From Bdellovibrionales bacterium (GTDB lineage Bacteria > Bdellovibrionota > Bdellovibrionia > Bdellovibrionales > UBA1609), in contig OZ241456.1 in the NCBI GenBank assembly GCA_965200875.1, positions 1,241,159-1,305,158 on the forward strand: DNA of 64,000 nucleotides, in the 5' to 3' direction. A program made the position numbers and the translations under genes. Positions 35,376 through 45,416 of this stretch are shown here, in pieces. Within the stretch, counting starts at the first letter, position 1. Every line of letters starts with the position of its first letter. The notes beneath the pieces are model-generated. The model worked only from the letters and a program-made list of their open reading frames with translations, searched no databases and was not told the origin of the DNA.

Positions 35376-37070
35376 ATGGATCTTCAAAACTATGAATCTC
35401 TTATTTTAAAATCCAGCACTTTGAGCGAAGCTCAATTACAGACGATTTTGCGCTCCAAAAATAAAAGAGGCATTAGTCTTCAACAAGCTTTGGAAAAACG
35501 AAAAAAAGATTTTGCGGATGAAGAGTCAGCTTTGTCTTTTCTGTGTCAGCACCTGCAAGTACCTTTTATAAAAGAAATCCCTGTGCAGGACATAACAGAA
35601 GACTTAATTCAACATTTTCCCATCAGCTACGCCAGAACAAACACGATTTTGCCTTTTAAATCAGAAGAACATGTGATTCATGTTCTCAGTGCCAATCCGC
35701 TTAATTTACAGGTTTTTGCGGACTTAAAATTAAAATTTAAAAAGGAAGTTCGTCCTGTTATCAGTGTGGGTTCCAAAGTGCAATCCGCCATCAACAGTGT
35801 TTATGAAAGAAGTTCAGGCGAGCTGGATGAATTTGCCGACATCAGCAAAGAAGACTACGACCTAGAAAGCACTGTTATTGATCTCCTAGACACAGAAGAT
35901 TCTGCACCAGTTATTAAATTGGTGAATACCCTACTTTTTAAAGCTGTTAAAGAGAGAGCTTCCGATATCCACATCGAACCTTACGAAAAAGAACTGATAG
36001 TGCGATTTAGAGTGGATGGTGCATTGTATCCTGTATTTAAACCTCCAAAAAGTCTGCAAAATGCCATTATCTCCAGAATAAAAATTATGGCTGATCTCAA
36101 TATAGCGGAAAAAAGACTTCCCCAAGATGGAAGAATCCACCTGAGACTGGCAGGCAAGGATATTGATATTCGGCTAAGCTCTATTCCCACTTCCTTTGGA
36201 GAAAGACTGGTGCTTCGTCTGCAAGACCGCACTCAGCTACTTCTTGGACTGGATGAACTGGGCTTTTCCAAAAAAAATTTAAAAGATTTTAATAGTCTAT
36301 TGGATAAAAGTTATGGAATTATTCTGATTACCGGGCCAACAGGAAGTGGAAAATCCACCACATTATACGCCGCTCTCAGTCAGGTTAACTCTGTAGATCA
36401 AAACATTATTACAGTGGAAGATCCTGTGGAAAGACGCATTAAGGGAATTGGACAAATTCAGGTTAACTCAAAAATTGGTTTAACATTCGCCAGTGGACTT
36501 CGTTCCATATTGCGTCAAGACCCTGACACTATCATGGTTGGAGAAATTCGAGACATTGAGACCATGAAAATTGCCATTAATGCTTCTTTGACAGGCCACC
36601 TCGTTCTCTCCACAATACATACAAATGACTCCGCTTCTGTTTTTCCTCGTTTAATTGACATGGGAGGAGAACCTTTTTTAATTGCCACTTCCATCTTAGG
36701 TGTTATGGGTCAGCGTCTGGTGAGAGTGCTCTGCCCTGATTGTCGCCATGCACAAAGTATTTCCAAACAAGATCTTAAGTTTCTGACAAGTGAAGACCCG
36801 GATATAAAATTGCCGACAAAAATATTTAAAGCAAAAGGGTGTAAAAACTGTGATTTTAAAGGTTATACAGGCAGAACCATGATACAGGAAATATTGGTAA
36901 TGGACGAAGATATCCGCACACTTATCATGAATCAAAAAGACAGCCACACCATTAAAAAAACAGCCATCAAAAAAGGTATGGTGACTTTCCGGCAAAACGG
37001 TATAGAAAAAATCTGCAAAGGTGTTACAACAGTGGAAGAAGTTTTACACAACACACAGCTGGATGCTTGA
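35376..37070 (+). CDS. gspE: type II secretion ATPase
   Basis: 564 aa with a T2SE N-domain, Walker A GPTGSGKST, VGEIRD, and a tetra-Cys motif (CPDC...CKNC). Confidence 0.85.
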   Translation: MDLQNYESLILKSSTLSEAQLQTILRSKNKRGISLQQALEKRKKDFADEESALSFLCQHLQVPFIKEIPVQDITEDLIQHFPISYARTNTILPFKSEEHVIHVLSANPLNLQVFADLKLKFKKEVRPVISVGSKVQSAINSVYERSSGELDEFADISKEDYDLESTVIDLLDTEDSAPVIKLVNTLLFKAVKERASDIHIEPYEKELIVRFRVDGALYPVFKPPKSLQNAIISRIKIMADLNIAEKRLPQDGRIHLRLAGKDIDIRLSSIPTSFGERLVLRLQDRTQLLLGLDELGFSKKNLKDFNSLLDKSYGIILITGPTGSGKSTTLYAALSQVNSVDQNIITVEDPVERRIKGIGQIQVNSKIGLTFASGLRSILRQDPDTIMVGEIRDIETMKIAINASLTGHLVLSTIHTNDSASVFPRLIDMGGEPFLIATSILGVMGQRLVRVLCPDCRHAQSISKQDLKFLTSEDPDIKLPTKIFKAKGCKNCDFKGYTGRTMIQEILVMDEDIRTLIMNQKDSHTIKKTAIKKGMVTFRQNGIEKICKGVTTVEEVLHNTQLDA

Positions 37071-37084
37071 GCTAAAGGAATAAT

Positions 37085-38293
37085 ATGCCGGTATTTGAAT
37101 ATAAAGGCACAACCGCCGAAGGTAAACAAACAAATGGAACAATACAAGCGGATAACCTGCAGAAAGCCAAAGCACAATTAAAAAAAGATAACATTTTTTT
37201 GTTTGATCTTAAAAACAAAGCAGAGAAAAAAAAAGATATCCCAACATTGCTCTCCAGCAAACGAGTGGATATAAAAAACCTGTGTATTATGACGCGATCA
37301 CTGGCCACCTTAATTAAATCCAATGTACCTTTAGTGGATTCCCTCACTACTCTCACCAAACAAATTTCGCATCCTGTTCTCACTCCTGCCTTAATCCAAA
37401 TACGAAACCAGGTCAACGAGGGAGAGCCTTTCCATAAAGTTTTAAGCCAATATCCTAGGATTTTTAACACCACTTATATATCCATGTGCAAAGCGGGAGA
37501 AAATTCCGGCACACTGGATATTATACTTTTAAAATTAGCTGAATTTACAGAAAATCAGGCAGAACTGACTAATAAAATACGATCTGCTTTAGCCTATCCA
37601 ACTCTTATGATATTTTTTACTTTTAGTATGGTTTTGTTTTTGTTTACATATGTCATACCAAAAATCACAACCCTGTTTGAAGATGAAAACACCATCCCTT
37701 GGCACACAAGTCTGATAATGGCCACAAGCCAATACATCATTAACTCATGGCTCCAGCTGATTATAGCCACTGTCGCTCTCCTGTTTTTTATGTACCGATG
37801 GACAAAAACACAAAAAGGCAGACAGAAAATAGACACGCTGTTACTTCAATTCCCCATTATTGGAAAAATTATCCGTGCTACAGCCATTTCCCGTTTTAGC
37901 CGAACTCTGGCTACCCTTCTAAAAGGAGGAGTGCCCATGTTACAGGCAATGGATATTGTACAAAATGTAGCCAATAATATTGTGCTTAAAAAAGCCATCC
38001 AGTCAGCTCAAGCAAATATTCGGGAAGGAGAACCCATTGCGCGCCCTTTGCAGGAATCCGGGCAATTCCCCCCTATGACTATTCAAATGATAAAAATAGG
38101 TGAAAAAACTGGAGAATTAGAGGATATGCTTGTGAAAATCAGTGATACTTATGATTTTCAGGTTAATACAGAGGTAAACACCTTAACTTCCCTGCTGGCA
38201 CCAATCATGATAATCATCATGGGAGGAACTGTGGGTTTTATTGTGTTTTCCGTAATAACCCCAATTATGGAAATGTACCAAAGTGTAAAATAG
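37085..38293 (+). CDS. gspF: type II secretion inner-membrane platform protein
   Basis: 402 aa with two T2SF repeats and three TM regions, directly after gspE. Confidence 0.85.
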   Translation: MPVFEYKGTTAEGKQTNGTIQADNLQKAKAQLKKDNIFLFDLKNKAEKKKDIPTLLSSKRVDIKNLCIMTRSLATLIKSNVPLVDSLTTLTKQISHPVLTPALIQIRNQVNEGEPFHKVLSQYPRIFNTTYISMCKAGENSGTLDIILLKLAEFTENQAELTNKIRSALAYPTLMIFFTFSMVLFLFTYVIPKITTLFEDENTIPWHTSLIMATSQYIINSWLQLIIATVALLFFMYRWTKTQKGRQKIDTLLLQFPIIGKIIRATAISRFSRTLATLLKGGVPMLQAMDIVQNVANNIVLKKAIQSAQANIREGEPIARPLQESGQFPPMTIQMIKIGEKTGELEDMLVKISDTYDFQVNTEVNTLTSLLAPIMIIIMGGTVGFIVFSVITPIMEMYQSVK

Positions 38294-38424
38294 CCAAATA
38301 AGTTTTATTTTTCCCTGATTTTTGCCACGATTTTGCTTTTACAATGAACCCACTTGAATTTTTAATTTTTTCATTTATTCTGACAAAAAAACATTGCTTT
38401 CCGAAAAAGTAAGGAGGAGAAAAA

Positions 38425-38943
38425 ATGTTATTTATACAGTTAATCAACAGGAAAAAGGCCACATTTCCAAAATACTTGTACCACCGTGGAGGCCAAAAAC
38501 TCCCGGCAGAAGGAAAAAAAGGCACAAATAATGTTAAAGGATTCAGCTTGATGGAGATAATGATCGCCATGATTCTCGTGGTGGGAGTAATCTCCGGTCT
38601 TGTTTATGCGTTCAAGCCTGAATTATCCAAAGGCAAAATGCGACAAGCTCGCATTACAATCAGTCAATTATCTCAAGCCCTTGACAGTTTTTATCTGGAT
38701 TGCAATTTTTATCCTTCCAATGCAGAGGGTCTGGAAGCGTTGGTAGCCGCTCCTCAAAAATGTGAGTCATGGGGACCGAAACCTTACTTGAAAAAAGGAA
38801 AAATACCTAAAGATCCTTGGAGCAATGATTTCATATATGAATATGATGAAGCGAATGGGGAATATGAAGTCATCAGCAGAGGAAGAGGAGGAAAAGAAGG
38901 CGGAGAAGGTGAAGCCGCTGACATTTCCTCTAAAGATCTGTAA
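38425..38943 (+). CDS. gspG: major pseudopilin
   Basis: KG|FSLMEIMIAMILVVG, then the GspG core (YPSNAEGLEALV...PKDPWSNDFIYE). The ATG at 38425 has a perfect AAGGAGG SD, which implies a ~39-aa leader. Confidence 0.8.
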   Translation: MLFIQLINRKKATFPKYLYHRGGQKLPAEGKKGTNNVKGFSLMEIMIAMILVVGVISGLVYAFKPELSKGKMRQARITISQLSQALDSFYLDCNFYPSNAEGLEALVAAPQKCESWGPKPYLKKGKIPKDPWSNDFIYEYDEANGEYEVISRGRGGKEGGEGEAADISSKDL

Positions 38944-38953
38944 AGTATTATTA

Positions 38954-39625
38954 ATGTCTACTCGGGTCAATTTGCCAATGTTATTTACAAAACCCGTTAT
39001 AAAATCCAAAAATAAAAAAACCGCTGGTTTTACATTACTGGAGTTACTGATAACCTTGGCATTGATAACTGGTCTTTTAGTAACAGGAAGCTCTTTTGTT
39101 AAAAGAACAGACAACAAAATAAGAAAAACTTTCAGACAATTTATCGCTCTTAATCGCCAACTGGACCAAATGGCACGTTTAAAAAGAGAAACTTACCGTT
39201 TGGTCATAAACCTCGGTGAAAACTTTAATTACAGCACAGAGGGAAATACCAAGGACAAAAAAAATACTTGGTGGGTGGAAAAAAAGCTCTCACAAAATCA
39301 AATACCAGATAGCACGAACAGTACACAAAGCACAAATAGTACAAAAAACATTACCCCGGATGGTTTTATCAGGGATACAAATTTTTTTGAAAAACCTCAA
39401 AACCTGCCAACACAATTAACTTTTGAGAGCCTAGAATCTCTGAAAGATCAATCACCTGTAACTAAAGGGAAAGCCTATATTTACTACTTTCCAGAAGGAC
39501 AATTCAACACAGCACTCTTAAAAATAAAAGGCAAAAGAGTTTACTGGTCTCTTTTTATTGATCGCCTGAATGGAGAATTAACCATATTTAATGGAAATAA
39601 AAACTTAAAAGATTTTGAACAATAA
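38954..39625 (+). CDS. gspH: minor pseudopilin, GspH-like
   Basis: KKTAG|FTLLELLITLALITGL, position in the cluster, and a start 11 nt after the gspG stop. Confidence 0.6.
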   Translation: MSTRVNLPMLFTKPVIKSKNKKTAGFTLLELLITLALITGLLVTGSSFVKRTDNKIRKTFRQFIALNRQLDQMARLKRETYRLVINLGENFNYSTEGNTKDKKNTWWVEKKLSQNQIPDSTNSTQSTNSTKNITPDGFIRDTNFFEKPQNLPTQLTFESLESLKDQSPVTKGKAYIYYFPEGQFNTALLKIKGKRVYWSLFIDRLNGELTIFNGNKNLKDFEQ

Positions 39626-39648
39626 ATGAATAAACTTTGGAACACAAA

Positions 39649-40167
39649 ATGCACAATCCAGCAAACAAAAAAAAGGGATTTACCCTTATTGAAATTTTAG
39701 TGTCTTTGGTTGTTCTCACCGGAGCCAGTATTGTTATTTCTAGGATATGGACAGGCAATCGAGAAAGAGTTACAAAAATTGACGATTATCATAAAATTGT
39801 CCAGTTAATGGAAAATAAAATCTCCGAGCTGGAGTTTGAGTGGCGAAAAAAAAACTTTAACTCCATACCCAGAGAGGAAAAAGGCGATTTTAAAGAGGAA
39901 AAACATTTTTCATGGAGTGTGCGCACACAGCCCCTTAAACTGCCCGAACCCAAACAAATGCTAAGTCTGTTTGGACAAAGCCAAAGTCAAGGTCAGGGCG
40001 CATCCCTCCAAGTCGCCAAGGTAACCACTGATTTTTTATCCCAAGCTGTATTGGAGGCAAAACTCACAATCCATTATAAAAAAGGAAATCTGAAAAGTGC
40101 TTACTCAATAACCACTTATATTGTAGATCATACTAAAAGCATCTCCATACCCGGCGGTGCACCTTAA
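39649..40167 (+). CDS. gspI: minor pseudopilin, GspI-like
   Basis: MHNPANKKKG|FTLIEILVSLVVLTG. Confidence 0.65.
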   Translation: MHNPANKKKGFTLIEILVSLVVLTGASIVISRIWTGNRERVTKIDDYHKIVQLMENKISELEFEWRKKNFNSIPREEKGDFKEEKHFSWSVRTQPLKLPEPKQMLSLFGQSQSQGQGASLQVAKVTTDFLSQAVLEAKLTIHYKKGNLKSAYSITTYIVDHTKSISIPGGAP

Positions 40168-40191
40168 TTTTACTGATAGGAGAAGAAAATC

Positions 40192-41097
40192 TTGAAAAAA
40201 TATATATACGACTTAAACATTTTGGTTATTTGTTTATTACAGTTAGTAATTTTAAAAACAAAACAAATTCCCTTAAACAAAAAAGGAATGACTTTATTGG
40301 AAGTGGTGATTGCTCTTATTTTGTTCACTTTTATGATCATATCACTGACTCGTATGACAAGCAGTGCCATCAAATACAGGGAACAAGTCACGCGGAACAC
40401 AAAAATCACAAAATTCAGCAGAAATGTTTTGCAGATTATTAGAAAAGATATTCAGAACATATTTTACACACAGGACATGAATAGCGTGGCGCATATATCA
40501 TTCAGAAAACAGAACTCTCTACGCGAACCTCCGGCAGAACAGAAAAGCAAAAAAAAAATACCCACAGACAAAGAAAGAAAAAAAAAGGAAGTGGAAAAAG
40601 AACTCATTGAATTTGAAATCATGCAAATAGAACCTTATATGCTGAAGTTATCCAGCACTTCTGGAGGAGTGGTAGGAACAGAAAACAGTCTGCACATAAG
40701 CTCTCTCTCTTATATACGAAATCAGGATAATGAAAAAACCAGCGATCAAAATCTGATTGTTTATTATCTTAAGCCCTGCAAAAGCAGAGAAAAAAATAAA
40801 GAGGAAAGCTCCTGTCTATGGAGAAAATTCTCCACTATGATAAATCAACAGCTATCCGACTTAAAACACTACGATGAGTTTGTTCTCCTAGAAAGAGTAA
40901 AAATATTTCAACTCTCTTACTACAATATGTATAGCAATGAGTGGAAAAAAGAATGGAAAACAGGCCCCAACGATAACAACAATTTACCCTCTGCAATTCG
41001 TGTAAAAATGGAATTTGAGAATAAAAAAAAGCAAATCGTAAAACAGGAAATCCATCTGCCACTTTATCAGCAGGTGTTAATTCCCACGAGTCCATAA
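40192..41097 (+). CDS. gspJ: minor pseudopilin, GspJ-like
   Basis: NKKG|MTLLEVVIALILFTF. TTG start with AGGAG upstream, so the start is uncertain. Confidence 0.6.
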   Translation: MKKYIYDLNILVICLLQLVILKTKQIPLNKKGMTLLEVVIALILFTFMIISLTRMTSSAIKYREQVTRNTKITKFSRNVLQIIRKDIQNIFYTQDMNSVAHISFRKQNSLREPPAEQKSKKKIPTDKERKKKEVEKELIEFEIMQIEPYMLKLSSTSGGVVGTENSLHISSLSYIRNQDNEKTSDQNLIVYYLKPCKSREKNKEESSCLWRKFSTMINQQLSDLKHYDEFVLLERVKIFQLSYYNMYSNEWKKEWKTGPNDNNNLPSAIRVKMEFENKKKQIVKQEIHLPLYQQVLIPTSP

Positions 41098-41121
41098 AAT
41101 TTTTGAGAAAGATAGGGCAAA

Positions 41122-42483
41122 ATGATATTAAATAAAAATCGTCTGAAAGATATAAAATATCCAAAGTACCAGCCGGCGAATAAGAAAAAAAAATCGCTGA
41201 CTTTTCCAAAAAGCAATCAAAAAGGTATGGCTCTTATAATGGTTCTTTCAACCATAATATTTATTATCCTGTTAATACAGGAGACTGCTTTTGAAACACA
41301 AATAGAATACCGCTCGGCAGTGGCTGAATTAAATTCTCTAAGAGCATACTATGCCGCAAAAGCGGGAATGGAGGTAAGTCTGTTAAGAGTAAACACTTAT
41401 GTAAAATTAAACAAAAAATACAAGGATAAACTAAAATCCTTTCGAGCTTATACAGATCTGATCTGGAAACTGCCGTTTATATGGCCTCCTCCCGTAATGA
41501 AAGACATGGACCACATAGGTTCCACAGAGCTGTTAAAACTAAGGGAAGATTCCTTCATGCAAACCAGCTTTATGACAACTATTGATCCTGAAAACAGTCG
41601 TATTGATATCAATGATCTGGCTTCTCCCATACCCTCTCTCAGAAAATGGACCTTTCAGGTTTTGTATCGCTTGATTTACCTCTTGCAAGCGCAGGACAAA
41701 AGGCTTGCTGATGCCATGAGCACACAAGATACTGCTGAAATTTTACAAAATATAAAAGATTGGGTAGATCCGGATACTCATCGAGGAACACAAACCTCCC
41801 TATCTGAAAGCCAGCTATATGACGAAGAGGGTTATCCCCCTAATCGCTCTTTCGTTACTGTAGAGGAGTTAAATCAAGTGAAAGGAATGTCTGACATTCT
41901 CTATACGGCTATTGAACCTTTTATTACTGTATATGGCGAAAAGGGTATAAACATCAACACAGCCCCTGTGGAGCTGTTGCAAGCCCTGCATGATGAGTTT
42001 CCGGTAGAGCTGGCGGAGGAAATAACCACCCTCACACTCAATCCGGCAATTCCTTTTTTATTTACACCAGCCACTTTTTCAACATTTTTAATGGAAAATG
42101 GAATGGAGGAATTGGAACAGGATTTATTTCCAGAACAACCGGAAGCACAGCCAAAAAATGAAGAATCCATTTCCTACATCAGATTTGATGCTCCGCATAA
42201 TTTTCGGATAAAAAGTATAGGAATTGCTGGTACAAGTCAAAAAACCATAAAAGCGACCTACTTTAGTACATCTAAATTCATAACCCTTTTCAACGACTCG
42301 ATGAAAGAAGAAAAAAAAAGGGAAGAAAAACGGATTTCCAGGCGAGATAGTCAAAATCAAGGGCTAGATAACACTCCAACAAAGAACACTCCAAAACCAG
42401 ACACAGCTGACCGTCCTACCCCCTCCCGTAATTCCGATCAAAATTTAGCACCTACTATAATTTACTGGAAAGAAAGTTTCTGA
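41122..42483 (+). CDS. gspK: minor pseudopilin GspK
   Basis: KGMALIMVLSTIIFIILL, plus the T2SK signature IKDWVDPD...VTVEELNQVKGMS...ININTAPVELLQAL. Confidence 0.75.
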   Translation: MILNKNRLKDIKYPKYQPANKKKKSLTFPKSNQKGMALIMVLSTIIFIILLIQETAFETQIEYRSAVAELNSLRAYYAAKAGMEVSLLRVNTYVKLNKKYKDKLKSFRAYTDLIWKLPFIWPPPVMKDMDHIGSTELLKLREDSFMQTSFMTTIDPENSRIDINDLASPIPSLRKWTFQVLYRLIYLLQAQDKRLADAMSTQDTAEILQNIKDWVDPDTHRGTQTSLSESQLYDEEGYPPNRSFVTVEELNQVKGMSDILYTAIEPFITVYGEKGININTAPVELLQALHDEFPVELAEEITTLTLNPAIPFLFTPATFSTFLMENGMEELEQDLFPEQPEAQPKNEESISYIRFDAPHNFRIKSIGIAGTSQKTIKATYFSTSKFITLFNDSMKEEKKREEKRISRRDSQNQGLDNTPTKNTPKPDTADRPTPSRNSDQNLAPTIIYWKESF

Positions 42484-42524
42484 AAGGATAAGCTTAAAAA
42501 AAATACAAAAAACAGGGGGTTGCC

Positions 42525-44249
42525 TTGATTTTCGTGGGTGTGGACATAGGTTCCTGCGCCGTAAAAGCGGTTGCCATTAAAAAAAACAACAAAACTTTTG
42601 AAATTTTGCAAACACATTTTTTTTCGCTAAAAGCGGATGAAAACGAGGAGCAAAAACAGCTTTTAATATCCACGCATTTGAAAACTCTGACTAACTTGTA
42701 TCAAAATAGAGAAACAAAATATATTTTCTCTTTTTCTCAAAATGAAGTCAGTTCGGAAAAGCTCAGCTTTCCTTTCAAAGAGCGGTATAAAATACTGAAA
42801 AGCCTTCCTTTTCAAATGGAAGACAAACTGTCCCTTTTTGACTATAAACAGCTGATATCTGATATTAAAATGGGTGAGTTTTCTGCAGGAAAAAGAACTG
42901 TGCTGGTTTTTTCCGTCTTTAAAGAAAATATCTCCCGGTTATTAAATGAAATCAAATCAGCGGGAACCAATCCTTTTATTCTTACTTGTGAAGCTTCCGC
43001 CACCGCCAATTTATTTGAAATCAAAAAAGAAAGCACAGTGAAACCGCAAACCACCATCGAAACAGAAACAAAAAAAACACAACATACAGAAGAAGGCAGT
43101 CTGTATTTAAAAATAGGTCACACTCATACAATGGCCCTGTTCTTTCTACGGTCTGCTCTGCAAAATGTATATAGCTTTGAGTGGGGTGTCTCCGACTGTA
43201 TAAGAAAAATATCCCTAAAATATGAAATTTCATCTCAGAAAGCTATGGAGCAGTTTCACGATAAAGCCTTCGTTTTAACGCAAACAAAAGGATACACTGG
43301 AAGTCAAATTGAGTTTTCGAAAGTTATTCAAGAATCCTTTGAAAACCTTATCGATAAATTGCGTCTGCTTTTATTACAAATGGAAGGAGAGGGAGACTGT
43401 ATAAACAAAAAAATACTTCTCTGTGGAGGAGGTTCTCAGGTGCGAAACCTTCAGGCTTTATTATCCACTCGTCTGAATATCCCTGTCGCTCGTGTGGAGG
43501 AAGTACCTAATTATCCTAAATGGAACTTGAGAGCCAACGATATAAAACAAAATAACCTTATTACCGCCTTAGGGGCGGCTATGGAAGGATTAAAAAAAAC
43601 TAGGAACCCGGCTGTTAACTTTTTAAAAGAGGAATTTGCCGTTCAGTTTAACCCTCTTTCCCTTATACTGAACCAATGGAGGCAACCCATTGTTTTGGCC
43701 GTAATTATTTTGACATTTCTCTCCGCTTATTCTGCTGTGAGAAACTATAAGTCTAGGGAGTTATCTGAAAAAACAGACAAGATTTTCAGAAAGTATTCCA
43801 TGCGAGTTGCCAAATTACGCCCAAAACAGATTAATGTGGAAAGAGTGCAACATTTTGTCAATAGTAAAAAGCAATGGTTGCAACAGGTTCAGTTAGCGGA
43901 AGAAATTAGCCGTATTCCATCCGCTTTGGATAAAATAAAAAACCTGAGTGTCACTATCAAAAAACAAACTTCTTGGAATTTGGAAATTCAGGATCTGAAT
44001 ATCACAGGTAACAACATAGAAATACAAGGTAGTATTTCCGCTCTCTATCTTGAACTGTTGGAAAAAAAACTAACAGATTTGGCAGTCAGCGGAAGTTTAA
44101 AAAAATCACCTCTGGCCATAAAACAAAACCACCTAGCAAAAAAACAACAAGCGAATACAGACGAAACACCTTTGGAAAAAAAATCACCAAAAGTGAAAGA
44201 ACGCAACATAGTGTTTTTTAAATATTCGTTTATTCAGAAACAAGGTTAA
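42525..44249 (+). CDS. gspL: GspL/PilM-like assembly protein (actin-like ATPase fold + TM + periplasmic domain)
   Basis: MIFVGVDIGSCAVKAV..., ILLCGGGSQVRNL, and an internal TM segment (PIVLAVIILTFLSAY). Confidence 0.6.
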   Translation: MIFVGVDIGSCAVKAVAIKKNNKTFEILQTHFFSLKADENEEQKQLLISTHLKTLTNLYQNRETKYIFSFSQNEVSSEKLSFPFKERYKILKSLPFQMEDKLSLFDYKQLISDIKMGEFSAGKRTVLVFSVFKENISRLLNEIKSAGTNPFILTCEASATANLFEIKKESTVKPQTTIETETKKTQHTEEGSLYLKIGHTHTMALFFLRSALQNVYSFEWGVSDCIRKISLKYEISSQKAMEQFHDKAFVLTQTKGYTGSQIEFSKVIQESFENLIDKLRLLLLQMEGEGDCINKKILLCGGGSQVRNLQALLSTRLNIPVARVEEVPNYPKWNLRANDIKQNNLITALGAAMEGLKKTRNPAVNFLKEEFAVQFNPLSLILNQWRQPIVLAVIILTFLSAYSAVRNYKSRELSEKTDKIFRKYSMRVAKLRPKQINVERVQHFVNSKKQWLQQVQLAEEISRIPSALDKIKNLSVTIKKQTSWNLEIQDLNITGNNIEIQGSISALYLELLEKKLTDLAVSGSLKKSPLAIKQNHLAKKQQANTDETPLEKKSPKVKERNIVFFKYSFIQKQG

Positions 44250-44250
44250 A

Positions 44251-45399
44251 ATGGATATAAGCAATTTTAAAGAAATACTTGTCAACGGATATAAAAATCT
44301 TCATAACTCGATTGTGAACAGCTCCGCTTTTTATTTCTTAAAAGAAAAGTATGATCATTTAAACCCTCTTTATCGCAAAATAATTCATACGGGCGGGCTG
44401 ATTTTTTTGGTATGTGCTCTTTTGTATTATCCCTTTTCCAACCTGTACTCTTCATGGAAAAATATGAAAGATTTTAAAGAAAGAAACACCCTTACGAAGG
44501 ATTTAATCGACCTTTCTACCGCCAGTGCATTCAATGTTTCGAGATCTTATACTGTGAATCAAGATCCAGTTCGATTCATCCGGCAAAAAATGCCCACCCT
44601 CCGAATACCAAAAGACCAAATTGAAGAGATAAAAGCAGACCGGCCCATTCCCATTCCAGCAAGCCTTTCTTTGCCTGTTAAAGTTAAAACAGTGTCTGTA
44701 AAAATAAAAAATCTTACTTTAAAAGAGGTTATTCAATACGGATACCAGATGGAACAAATGTCCAAAAGCATTAAACTCATGGATATTCGTATCACAGAAA
44801 ATCCAAAAAAAAACAATTACTTTGATGTTTCCTATATTTTAAGCTTTTTTAATTTAACAAAAAAATCACCAACGAATGAAAAACAAAAAGCAAAAAGCCC
44901 GAACCGAATCGCCCGGAAGAATAAAAATTCCAAAAAAAAAACAATGCGTGAAAAAACTCAGATTCCAAGCCAAAGAAGAAAAGCAAAAAAGCCTGCTCCC
45001 ACTTCACATTCTATAAAATATAAACCCGGTGAACCACAAAATCAAAAGAATAAAAAACCTGAAACTCTCTTATTGGATTTGAAAAAAGAAAATGTTCCAA
45101 CAGATGATACAACTTTTAAAAACCAACCCTCTTCAGTAAAAAGAAAAGATCTCCTGCCACCACCTCCGCCATTAACTCCTCCCCACTTTAATAACTCTTC
45201 TACTGAACCTGCCCGCCCTTTAAGTCACCCCACGGGGGATTCTCCCAAGAACAAACTGCCACCTGCAACACCGGCGGAAAAAACTGCTAAACCTGACAAA
45301 CTGCCACCTGCAACACCGGCGAAAGAAATACCCGCTCCTCCCATTATTGACAATGTTTCCCCCTCTTCAAAGGAAGAATCACAATCAAATGAACAGTAA
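44251..45399 (+). CDS. GspM-like bitopic protein with a Lys/Pro-rich C-terminal extension
   Basis: Position after gspL, a single TM segment, and C-terminal KLPPATPA direct repeats. Confidence 0.4.
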   Translation: MDISNFKEILVNGYKNLHNSIVNSSAFYFLKEKYDHLNPLYRKIIHTGGLIFLVCALLYYPFSNLYSSWKNMKDFKERNTLTKDLIDLSTASAFNVSRSYTVNQDPVRFIRQKMPTLRIPKDQIEEIKADRPIPIPASLSLPVKVKTVSVKIKNLTLKEVIQYGYQMEQMSKSIKLMDIRITENPKKNNYFDVSYILSFFNLTKKSPTNEKQKAKSPNRIARKNKNSKKKTMREKTQIPSQRRKAKKPAPTSHSIKYKPGEPQNQKNKKPETLLLDLKKENVPTDDTTFKNQPSSVKRKDLLPPPPPLTPPHFNNSSTEPARPLSHPTGDSPKNKLPPATPAEKTAKPDKLPPATPAKEIPAPPIIDNVSPSSKEESQSNEQ

Positions 45400-45416
45400 A
45401 AAAAAGGAAATTAAAA